From NCBI GenBank assembly GCA_002269645.1, contig NIVC01000659.1, positions 426,232-490,231 of the forward strand: a DNA stretch of 64,000 nt, in the 5' to 3' direction. A program made the position numbers and the translations under genes. The notes under the pieces are model-generated. The model saw nothing but the letters and a program-made list of their open reading frames with translations. It did no database searches and was not told where the DNA came from. Shown in pieces: positions 41,900-52,978 of the stretch. This DNA comes from Macrostomum lignano (Eukaryota). The stretch's first letter is position 1. Each line of letters opens with the position of its first letter.

Positions 41900-42735
41900 C
41901 CCATCTTTTATGAGGTTAAACTCCCATCCTTCTTGAGGTTAAACTCCCATTCTTCATGAGGTTAAACTCCCATCCTTCATGAGGTTAAACTCCCATCCTT
42001 CTTGAGGTTTAACTCCCATTCTTCATGAGGTTAAACTCCCATCCTTCATGAGGTTAAACTCCCATCCTTCTTGAGGTTTAACTCCCATTCTTCATGAGGT
42101 TAAACTCCCATCCTTCATGAGGTTAAACTCCCATCCTTCTTGAGGTTTAACTCCCATTCTTCATGAGGTTAAACTCCCATCCTTCATGAGGTTAAACTCC
42201 CATCCTTCTTGAGGTTTAACTCCCATTCTTCATGAGATTAAACTCCCATTCTTTTTGAGGTTAAACTCCCATCCTTCTTGAGGTTAAACTCCCATTCTTC
42301 ATGAGGTTAAACTCCCATCCTTCATGAGGTTAAACTCCCATCCTTCTTGAGGTTTAACTCCCATTCTTCATGAGGTTAAACTCCCATCCTTCATGAGGTT
42401 AAACTCCCATCCTTCTTGAGGTTAAACTCCCATCCTTCTTGAGGTTAAACTCCCATTCTTCTTGAGGTTAAACTCCCATTCTTCTTGAGGTTAAACTCCC
42501 ATTCTTCATGAGGTTAAACTCCCATCCTTCTTGAGGTTAAACTCCCATCCTTCTTGAGGTTAAACTCCCATTCTTCTTGAGGTTTAACTCCCATTCTTCA
42601 TGAGGTTAAACTCCCATCCTTCATGAGGTTAAACTCCCATCCTTCTTGAGGTTTAACTCCCATTCTTCATGAGGTTAAACTCCCATTCTTCTTGAGGTTA
42701 AACTCCCATCCTTCTTGAGGTTACAATCCTATTCA
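41900..42735. repeat. 23-bp minisatellite GAGGTTAAACTCCCATCCTTCAT
   Basis: Tandem periodicity; paralog of 39012-39420. Confidence 0.93.
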
Positions 42736-43054
42736 ACATGAGGTTGATTCGACTCGTATCTGGGGCGCCCATCATGCAAGACCCTAATCATTAGCACCCA
42801 ATTAAATTAAAATATCTGCGCACCCTACTGAAAATTAGTACATATTGAGGTTTAGTTATGTAGATTTCCCAAGGAGAATTCGAACACACCAGTAACACAG
42901 CTTGATTTAATCGCATTTCTTAGCATTTCAAAAGAAAATCGTTATAAAAGTTATTGTATTTTACTATACAAATCAAATGTAATGCGGTGTATCTGTGCAG
43001 AAGTGATCATGATTTAAAAGTCGCAGGCACAAGTCTCTTGCATCGTCCCCACAA

Positions 43055-43750
43055 CTACCGCAGCATCACGGACTTCACCAGGCTGTACAAGCCGCTCCTC
43101 CAGCCGGAGCCTGCTGTCAGCTCTGCAGCTTTGCTCACTTCACCGACCTTGTCAAGTCCCTCCTGCTCAGGCAGGCTCTCCCTCTCCAGCTCCTTCGTCA
43201 GCTCGTGCAGCGCGGAGGCGATCAGCCAGTCGACGGCTTCGGCCAGACCCGCTCCGGTAGCCGCCGAGACCTCGAAGCAGCGGCAGGGCCTTCGAATCGA
43301 TGCGGCCACCTTGCGCAGCTCATTGCAGGTCTCGGCTACGGCCTGGGGCTTCAGGTCGGACTTGTTGCACAGGAGCGCCAGCGGAATGTCGCCAAGTTCG
43401 CAGTCGTCCAGCTCGCTGCACAGCCTGTTGAGCTCGTCAACGGACTCGCCAAGGCGGTCTCGGTCTACGCCGTCCACAATGTACAACACACCGCGAGAGT
43501 TCGGGTAGTAGTGCCGGTGCAAGGCGCGCATCTTGTCGCGACCGCCAATGTCCCAAATAGTGAGCTTTGCCCGGCCTTCCACGCTTACCAGCTCAACATT
43601 GAAGCCAATGGTGGGAATTGTGCACAGGAGCTCTCCAGTTTTCAGTCTGTACAGAACAGATGTCTTGCCGGCCGCGTCTAGGCCGCAGATTAGGATGCGG
43701 AGGTCCGGGGTTCGACGACAGATTAACGCTGAACTGACGCTCTGACCCAT
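43055..43750 (-). CDS. ARF/ARL-family small GTPase, copy 2 (231 aa, intronless)
   Basis: Same G-box set with G3 WDIGGRDK; C-terminal two-thirds nearly identical to copy 1. Confidence 0.92.
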   Translation of the reverse strand: MGQSVSSALICRRTPDLRILICGLDAAGKTSVLYRLKTGELLCTIPTIGFNVELVSVEGRAKLTIWDIGGRDKMRALHRHYYPNSRGVLYIVDGVDRDRLGESVDELNRLCSELDDCELGDIPLALLCNKSDLKPQAVAETCNELRKVAASIRRPCRCFEVSAATGAGLAEAVDWLIASALHELTKELERESLPEQEGLDKVGEVSKAAELTAGSGWRSGLYSLVKSVMLR

Positions 43751-44454
43751 GCTGGAGAAGAATTGGGCGTCTTAGAAAGACGGAAATTTTCCATCTACTG
43801 CATATAAATGCACTGGCGGGGGTGAGGCAGTGACGTCGAAACTTCCAGCCTGGCAGTTGATTCTATTTTTAGAAATCTGCGTACGGCAAGATTGTACACT
43901 CCAATTGCAACACTCTTCCTCTCTGTGTCTCAGAGACTGCTAATAATTGTTCATACCTAGGTACATGAGTACATGTACTCGTATGCATGTCGAACTAAAT
44001 CTATGCGAATGTTAAATTAGGTAAGGCTTTCAAACCTACTGGTCAAGTCACCTTAAGAGCGTACCGAAGAGTCTGACTCTGCCATTTAAGGCACTTTTTG
44101 CTGCAATTTTATTGCAAATGTCTTGCCGTCACCGTTTTTCAACAATGCCTCATTTTTCATTTCTCTTTTAGGCTTTTAGACTAAAAATGCGTCGGATATC
44201 TTAACCTTGGATCATGAAGACCTTACGTGATTAAGGTTACTAGCTGTTGCATCACTGAAATACTTGGCCTACGGAGTAACGGCAGGGTGTACAGGATAAA
44301 AGTACTACTTTTAGTACTACTGTTGTACTACTTGCAGTAGTACAGTACTACTTGTACTGTACTTGTACTGTTGTACTACTTGCAGTAGTACAACAGTACA
44401 CGAGTGTTCACACAGCGGCCCACCAAGAGACAGGGGGGCAGTCAACCTAGGTGT

Positions 44455-44552
44455 GAACTAACTAACAAACAAACAGACTAAGTAACTAACTATCTAACTA
44501 ACTAACTAAACTAACTAACTAACTAACTAACTGACTAACTAACTAACTAACT

Positions 44553-44607
<55 letters not shown>

Positions 44608-44652
44608 CTAACTAACTAACTAACTAACAAAATAACTAACTAACTAACTAAG

Positions 44653-44718
<66 letters not shown>
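44455..44718. repeat. (TAAC)n microsatellite
   Basis: Direct tetranucleotide run. Confidence 0.95.
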
Positions 44719-44929
44719 GCCACCTCCTCCATCGCAAAGTGAAGATCTCAGAGGCCAGAGAATCGTCAGGACCAACTCTGCATTGAAGTCAAGTCTCACG
44801 AACTGCAGAACAGGCAAGAAATTCACTTGCTCTTTCTTTTATAGGTCTGTCGCATACCAAAGTCAAGACACGCATTAGAAATTTTTTGCTTCAAATGTTC
44901 GTTGGAAGTTTTACAACAAAAAAATCCAA

Positions 44930-45132
44930 ACTATTTTGAAAATGTAAACTTACACGCGTAAAAACGCTTTTATTATCTAAAATTTAAAACTTCGGTCGAT
45001 TAAAAGTGAGCCGCAAGCCACTCCCACTCAAAGCATAGACTTAAGATAGACTTAATGAGTAGTCTCCAAGGTCCAAAGCGCTTAACCGATTTTTAACTCC
45101 GGTAGCCATGCAACACCGCTGCGTGCTGCTCT
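44930..45132 (+). pseudogene. Truncated duplicate of the fibrinogen-like gene promoter and first 8 codons
   Basis: Matches 50290-50516 (AAAAGTGAGCCGCAAGCCACTCC; CCAAAGCGCTTAACCGAT; AACTCCGGTAGCCATGCAA..CTGCGTGCTGCTCT); homology stops abruptly at 45132. Confidence 0.8.
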
Positions 45133-46849
45133 TAATTTATTTTTAATGCGTAATACATACAAATTGTAGAGTTTAATGTGTAGAAATTGTCCTTTCCCTT
45201 AACGTATACCATAGCAGGCATTGAAATTTTCTGACCAGGTTAGAGCTCCGCTCCACAGTGGCAATGAACAGCTGGTTGTTGTTAAACGGGGGTGGGAGGC
45301 GTGTGCCTATCGCGGATCCTGCGGAGGGGCTCTGCCGCAGGATATTTAGGGCCATAAATTAACTACCAGGGGCATAGAGCCCGAGAGGCCCAGATTGGGA
45401 CTAGGACTCAAGGGCCTAGTTAAATAGCCTTATTGGATGCAACCAACCCAAGCCTATGGACTAAGACACCGCCTACTCACAGTGGAAAATTTTGGAAAAT
45501 TACTAGAAAGCGGTCCGAGAGCGGAAAGACCCGAGTCTACGGAAATGGCTTTCAGATTGGAGCGAGTCTGGGCAGCTTATTTACCAAGGGCGAGTCTCCT
45601 ATCAGGTAGGCAGAAGCTACAAGATCCTCCTATAGGGCTGCAAGCCACAAGGCTTTTTCACTACCCAGCTCTAATAAGCCCAAGACTAGGGGTTGGAGAA
45701 GGGGCACCAAAGAGCAAAGGGACACCGGACTCAGCCGGTATTCTCCGACTCGGGACGAAAAGCAACCCCAGGACACCAATCCACAGTCAGTGATGAGAGC
45801 CAGAGACACAATAATGAAGTACACGCTGTTTGCTTCCCGGATTAGGCCCTTGGGGATTACCTTAAACCTCGAGCCTCTTCAGTGGGAAGTCCTTTCAGCG
45901 CGCAGTAGCGTAGGTAGTGCTGCCACCAGTTCCTTCAGGTCTCAGCCTTCGGCGAGGTGAGCTTCCCGTCGGAACGAAATAAACAAGTCAACGAACTCAG
46001 CACAGCGTGCAGATTTGCAGATTAATGAACAAGGCGTCCTGATCAGCAGATCCCCGCCGGGCTCAGGGGTGGCTGGGAAGGCAGTGTTAGCCTCCCTTAG
46101 GCTTGGGCGTCTAAGTTTTAGTCAGGCCAATTGGTGATAGCTTAAATGGGCAACTGAACGAAGTCCGGAAAACTAGACAAGAAGAAGATTCCGAAGACGA
46201 ATAGTCAGAATCTCAGGCACTCGGCTACAAATACTGATGACTGAAAACTGAAAGCTGAAAACTCCTTGACGGAAACAAAGGGGAGAGGGGTCCTATTTAT
46301 AGCCGGGAAACACCCGCGCAGAAGACCTCGTGACTCGTTCTATTTTTAGAACTGACGTCACTTGAGAGTCTCGGGCAGAGTACTAGCGCGCGGAAGACCT
46401 CGTGACTTGTTCTATTTTTAGAACTGACGTCACTTGAGGGTCCCCCGGCAGAGTGCACATGGCTGTGACTCAGTTGCTATTTTTAGCAACATGAGTCACT
46501 CCTCTCCTTAGAGAAGGGAGGGGACCGAAAGCATGTGACTCTCCCGGTAAACAGGGCCAGCAAGTGCAGTAAACATGTTTACTGCACTTTAAGACTTCAA
46601 GAAAGCAAGGCAAGGGGAAAGCAAGGGGAAACAGAGACTGACGAAACAAGGACAACCCACAACAGAGAGGCTGAGGGCTGAGAAACGAAGGGCAGCACGG
46701 GCAGAAGGAGGGAAGGGAGCAGCAACAGACAGCCAAAAGGAGGGAGGCGGGAAGCTGACCAGCGGCAGACAGCAACCCAGGGCGAGGGCGAGGGCAAGGG
46801 CAACTGCTGACAAAGTGCGACGCCTAACACCAACTAGCGGATCACTACA
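45133..46849 (-). mobile_element. Truncated LTR element: 5' LTR (46849 to ~45930), PBS and non-coding leader
   Basis: Begins TGTAGTGATCCGCTAG, as does the LTR at 59509; TATAAA box; PBS-like TGGTGGCAGC at 45928-45919. No canonical CA end immediately before the PBS; no recognisable gag. Confidence 0.72.
46340..46589. promoter_or_regulatory. LTR enhancer cluster: 3 MEF2, 2 CRE, 2 AP-1, forkhead palindrome
   Basis: CTATTTTTAG at 46340, 46412 and 46477; TGACGTCA at 46353 and 46425; TGACTCA at 46466 and TGAGTCA at 46492; 28-bp perfect palindrome at 46562-46589. Function inferred from consensus matches. Confidence 0.6.
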
Positions 46850-46899
46850 CTAAGCAGGGAGACAACCAGAGGAGCCAGCAGATGGACCAAGGGAGGGCA

Positions 46900-47764
46900 A
46901 CATGGACCAGAAAGGGTAGAGCTCATAACTCCAAAGCTTGGGCGGCTGAATTGCCAGGGATAAAACACGAAGCTAAAAGCACAACGCGTGCAACCAGGGG
47001 GCTCAAGTCCCGATCTAGCCACACTGCAGTACAGTGTCACAATCACACCAGGTACACCCCCCTAAACCAAGGCAGGGCAGCCGCTGGATGAGTGTCACAC
47101 GGATGAGATCAACAACTAGCTTGGCTGCGGCGAATGTGATACGAGATCATTTTCGAAACTTTGGAGTGCCAGAGAAGCTATTCAGTGATGGAGGCCCGCA
47201 GTTTTCTGCTCGCGAGTTTCGACAGACAATGGCTGAGTTTAAGGTGGAGCACCGAACCTCGAGTCCGACGTACCCGCAGTCGAACGGGAGAGCCGAGCGC
47301 TACGTACAGACAGCCAAAAAACATGCGGAAGAAATGCTCCGAGACAGGCCAAAGTCTGGAGTTGGCACTGCTTCCCTACCACATCACTCCGGTCGGCAGC
47401 GGCTTTCCAAGCCCGGCGGAGATGGCTTTCGGCCGTAAGCTTCGTTGTGACCGCAGCGAATTTCAAGGACTTGCGGCCAAAGGAAACTCATCTTCACTCT
47501 AGCATTGAGGCTTTTTAAAAGGAGCGCGTTAGAGCAGCGCAGCTGTACAATCGCGGAGCTCGACCGTTGCAGAAACTAGCAGCTGGTGATCTGGTGTGGT
47601 TACAACGCGGTCGTCGCGAGTGGGTGGCAGCTGAGATTGATAGCGATTGTGAAAACTCTCCAAGTTCGTACTTGGTTCAAACAGAGACTGGACAGTTGCT
47701 CAGACGGAACCGTCGCTTCATCAGGCCATATTATTGCATTACTTTCTGCGTTCATCTAATATAG
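46900..47764 (+). mobile_element. Degenerate Ty3/Gypsy integrase fragment
   Basis: FGVPEKLFSDGGPQF...HRTSSPTYPQSNGRAER, then SPAEMAFGRKLR and SYLVQTETGQLLRRNRRFIRP; frameshifted. Confidence 0.85.
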
Positions 47765-49399
47765 CTCGTATCTCCGATTGCATGAAGTACTGACCTAATA
47801 CCAAATATGATTTTTGTTTTTGATCCTGTTCAGAATATTGCGTTTTTAATACCTTCATCGGGGATACACGTTCGCCCCAATGTTTTTCGTTTAGATCGTT
47901 TTCGAAAAAAATTTCTTTCGTAAGGGAGATGTTGCGATTGCATTGTGTTTCGATTTATCTGGTGACTTGGTTTAACTGAGCCCTCTAGCTCAATCCATCC
48001 AATAATGTTGAATTGCGCACTGGCTTTGTGTATGCGTTCTACAATGTACATCGCTCGCCTAGTTTAAAAGTATAAGTCCGTGCTGGGCCAGTTTGAGCCG
48101 TGAGTGTTCTTGACTAGCCTAACAAACTGACTTTCATTAATAACTTAACAATCAGGATCTGGTTGACTTCGAGTTCATTCACCTTGCTGTCCTGCTCGTT
48201 CTAGCTGCGCTTATTTGGATTCTCCCTTGACCATAGATCGGCGACCGTGCTGTCGCTGCCGTGGACGTAGCGGATGCTGACCAGCGCAGTCGTTCGATCC
48301 AGCATAGGATGCGCAAGGACTACTAGACTAGCTTGAAGGACGCAACACTTGCAAATCGTGCAAAAACAGTTGAAGGCCGATTATTAAAATGCCTGTATCG
48401 ATCCGATTCGATTGCATGTAGAAGGTTAATTTTTCGCCAAGTTGTTCAGATTTTTGTCCCCTACCAAGTATGTCAGTTAGTTTAGTTTCCCTCTAGATTT
48501 AAATGCAAGAAAGTACTGTATAATGGAGACACCCCATTTTTGGGCGTTTGGTAGCTATTCAAATCTTAAAGTTAAGGGGACAAAATTAATAAAGTAGCTG
48601 AAAATCTAAGGCGCACTTTTCTTGAATACGCTCGTAATTTCATAAGTGACGTTTCTGAAAATATATCGGAGTCTGGAGATCATATACAGAACCCGCATTA
48701 CTTTGGTCTATATCCTTTAAAATCTTTCTCACAAGATGGCCAGTCAGAAAAATGAGTGAGAAGAAAAAGCCAAACAACTCAAAGCAGACTCCTGTTTTAA
48801 CATTCTGTTCTCTATAATCTGTAAATTCAAGTGGCTTGCGCGTGGCAGTAGAATTTAGCAAGCAAGCAGAAGTGTATCGGGTTTATTTGCTTATAGCTAA
48901 GCTAATAAACAGCAATTGTTTGACAATTGAGGAGGTATGATAAACTATATTGAGCAGATTTAATTATCCGTCAAACAGTGTTGCAAAGTGATGAAACAGT
49001 ATAGAACAAAGAAAATGGAAAAAGTAAATAGCGAAAACAAGCAAAAATGCTTGTATAAATGCACAAAAATTCTTTTAACAAATTTAGCATAGTAAGAGTG
49101 GCTCATAAGCAGTGTTGGGATCATGTGTACAAATGGTGCATGTATATGCTGATAAACCCTCTTAACCCTGTCACTCTAAACATCAAAATCAAGTAAAAGA
49201 GGCATTTAGCATAGCTGGTCTGTCACCTCAGTCAGACCTAGGCTTCTGCAAACGGCACATATTATGTTGACAATCATGTAATTCGTCTATCTCACTAATC
49301 TATACGAGAACGAAAATCGGCCTTCAACTATTTTTACACGAATCGAGAGTGTAACGTCCTTATATACGAAGTGTTCCTAGTGGTCCGTAAGGATGCGCA

Positions 49400-50010
49400 G
49401 CAGTCCCAGCTTCCCTCCGTCAGCAGCATGCTCAGCGTGGTGTGGTCCGTGTAGACTGTCACTACCCTGCCGGAGGTGAACAGGTGCCATTTCTCGACCG
49501 ATCAGACGACTACGAGCGCCTCCTTTTCACTGACCAAGTAGTTGTATTCGGCCGGGGTTAGAGAGGGCGAGCTGTAGGCAATCAGATGCTCCTCGCCGCC
49601 TTATACCTGCGCCAGCACAACTCCAATTCCATGGGCACTGGCGTCGTAGCGAATGATGTTTTCCGCCTTCGAGTCAAACGGTTTGAGCACCGGCGCCATT
49701 GTCAGCTGTGACTTGATGGTTTGGAGCGACTTCTCTTGCTCGCTGCCCCCGACCATGGTTCGTTCTTGCGCAGCAGTCGTCGGATCGGCTCCGTCTTCGC
49801 GCCTTCGAGTAGGCGCAGACGAATCGGCTGTAGAAGTTGGTAGCACCTAGGAGAGCTGCCGCCTCCTTTGGGTTTTGATGGCTGCTACGTAGGACTCGAT
49901 CGTCTGGATGCCGCTACACAATATCCGGAAGCCGTGAAAGTCGACCTCCGATTGGCCGAAGACGTACTTATCGTTGAGGATGATGTTGTATGTAGGCACA
50001 GACAGCTTAA
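49400..50010 (-). mobile_element. Degenerate Ty3/Gypsy RT-RNase H fragment
   Basis: FGQSEVDFHGF; LTMAPVLKPFD..YDASAHGIGVVLAQ; IAYSS.SLTPAEYNY..EKEAL; YTDH; with stops. Confidence 0.82.
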
Positions 50011-50490
50011 GACAGTTTAAGTGGTACTGCGCCGTAGTTAAAGTACTGAATGGCGCCTGAGAAATCTGTGCCGGTAGGTCAGTACATGTATTTGACAGAT
50101 TTAGCAACCGTCAAAATAGTTTGATAGCTAGTTCAGCTGATGAAAATGCACCAGCGATCGTGCAGCCTGTGACTGATATTGAGTGTCTTCATTTGATTTT
50201 TAAACAATAAATGATTTGAAAAACATTTAAGCTACAGGCATTTGCTTGCTTTCTCTGTCTTTAAATGTAGGTTTTTTCTTATTTTAACTATTTGAAAATG
50301 TAAATTTTCACCTCGCAAAAAACTTTTTTGTTATATTTAAAAAAATTCAAGCGCTTAAAAGTGAGCCGCAAGCCACTCCAACTCAAATTATAGCCGTAAG
50401 CAGACTTTATCCTCAGCAAGCATTCTTCAGGCACTCCGAATCCAGTATTCAAGTTCCAAAGCGCTTAACCGATTAATAACTCCGGTAGCC

Positions 50491-52915
50491 ATGCAATGCC
50501 ACTGCGTGCTGCTCTCCCTTGTCCTGTGCGTGTCGCTCGTTCCGTGCGCCTCTGCCGCAGAGTTTCAAGTGGACTTCTTGAAGAAGATGCCTGAAATTAT
50601 CTACACCTTCTACGAGAAGTAGAGCTCGAACTGGACCTCAACATCACTAAGGTCGCCACGGAGAGTCCCGACGGGAAGCGGAAAGTCACCGGACTGAAGG
50701 TGATACCTGAACATGGAATGCAAAAGCAGGACTTCGGTGCCACCGTGCTGGGTCGAGTGTCCAGCGATGGAGCCTCCGGCAAACTGGTCTTCGTGTGCAG
50801 AACCTTGCGCAGGTGCATAAACATTGGGAAAAAATCACCAATCATCCGCTCTTCATCCAGCAGGCTGTGCAGTTCGCGCCCTTCGGTTTGCAGGGCCCCA
50901 TTCCCACTCAGTTCGGTGCCGTCCGCTCTTCATCAGGCCCTGCACCCCTCGCTGAGGTGGTCTTCCAGAGGCACCTGGACAACAGCCTCTCGTTCGCCCA
51001 GAACTGGCACGGCTACGTGAAAGGATTCGGAGATCCCAACGGCAATTACTGGATGGGTGAGTAGAGTAATCTGTTTACATCAGCTCACTATAAACCTGTG
51101 CATCAGTAAGAACTGCCAGCAAGGCCAGGCCGTAAAACTTAAATATCGTATAACTTCTGAAGGCCTTTTTCCTGGAAAAAATACACTGTTAAAATAGGAA
51201 AAATCATTTGTCATCACAAAATCAACGATTGCATTCGATCCGGGCAGTGAAAATTACCATTTGTTTTATTTAGACTGCAAAAGCTTTACTCTGTTGTATT
51301 GTATTTTTCCATAGTTGTATCGTGAAGTTTCATTGTCATGTTGTTTTTTAATTCATAAGCCCAAGGTTGTAAATGTTGTACTGGCAGTCTTGGGCCATTG
51401 TTGTAAGTAGCTATATATAATTCAATTTGAACGCAGTTAGAAAAGCTCCTCATAGCTATTTTAATTCCTAGACCTGACCTAAATAACCAAAGGTAGATAA
51501 TGTTTACATTATAATTTTTTGTATTGTAGTTCAGAAAGCAATCAGTTTTGAGTCAGGCTTTAGCCTGGATTTTTATTACAAAAATATCGTAATTGATTAG
51601 ACTCGATGAAAGAAGGAGCAAAACAAAACCCTGAGCTATAATGCCACTTGTGAGTATTTACAACTTTGGGCATAGGAAATAAGAAGCCCAGATCATCAAA
51701 TGCAGTCGTTTATTTTGTGATGAAAAAAGATTTTTTCCTATCTCCACGGTAGATTTTTCCAGGATTCAAAAATGGTCTAAAGAAATTACACGATATTTGA
51801 GTTTTACATTTGAGGCCTGCGGCTGAGTGACACTGAAGTATTGAGCCAAATCCGTGCCACTATCGCTAGCTATCTTAAGTTCCACAGCAGCAACCAATTA
51901 ATGAATCGTGCTCAGTCTGGCTCAGGGCATCAAGTAACAAAGATAACCAATAGCACTCACCACCAGAGAGAAAGGCATCGATCCGATTTGATGTATGTTT
52001 GACGAACGTGTTTAACAGGCATTCTCACAAATCACACGAAGGTACAGAACAGTTTCAGGTGCATCTGATTATCCAATTTCTTGCTTTGCTCGTATAAAGT
52101 TTCTCAAAGTTTAAGATTTGTAAATTTCCTGATTTTCTGGGTTGTAAAATTTCCAATGGGGCTGAGTGAGCATAGTCAGCGAACGCTCTAACATGTTAAA
52201 TACGCGGGGCTGCGTACTTTGTTGTTGCTCTAAAGACACGGCGACGTGCATGAGTGAGGGCGTTGAGTTCCTACAAAAGGAAGACTCACTTGGCACTTTT
52301 AAGACAAAGAAGAGTCGAGACAAAGACGATTAAGTTGCTGAACCTGACAAAAGGCTCAGCGTCTTTTGAAGTGGTTGCTGGGTGGAATTTGAGGGCTTAG
52401 TCGAACAGTACTGTATGGAGGTGAAAAATTAAAAAAATAAATTAAAGCAGTTTTTTAACTCATCAATCTGACAGGTTTAGAGCAGCTTTAATTAGCCATG
52501 ACAAAAGATCGCTATTGCAAGCTCATCTGAGGGAGTCCGACTCAACGGCAAAGTTTTGCGTGCGACTTTCAAGGACTTCGGGTTGCGCGGAGCGGACGAG
52601 AATTACAAGCTGGTGCTCGGAGACCAGGAGCCGGGTGGCGACCTCTGGAAGGAAACGGCAGCGTATCACAACGGAATGTAGTTCAGCACCTTCGATGCGG
52701 ATAACGATAATTGGCCAGGAGGGACATGCAGCACAGGAAATTACGATCGTATTGGCTGGTGGTTCAACGGTGGGGGTGACGAATGTCAGCGTTTTAATCC
52801 AAATGGTTTGATTTCTTACTCAAACAGCACATGCTGGGGTTATTGCTCAGCAATGAACGCACACAAATTACGGGTGTGCACAAAGAGCGCGAAGCTGTCC
52901 TTCAGCTGCAGCTGA
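50491..52915 (+). pseudogene. Secreted fibrinogen C-terminal domain (FReD) protein pseudogene, 2 exons (50491-51056, 52475-52915)
   Basis: Signal peptide MQCHCVLLSLVLCVSLVPCASA; VFQRHLDNSLSFAQNWHGYVKGFGDPNGNYWMG|LEQL; YHNGM*FSTFDADND; GWWFN. In-frame stops at 50620, 52489 and 52679 plus frameshifts. Confidence 0.85.
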
Positions 52916-52978
52916 GGCAAACCTGCTGGACCGGCTTATGTTGGGGACTGTGCAGTCTGCTTAAGTTTCACCTAATAA

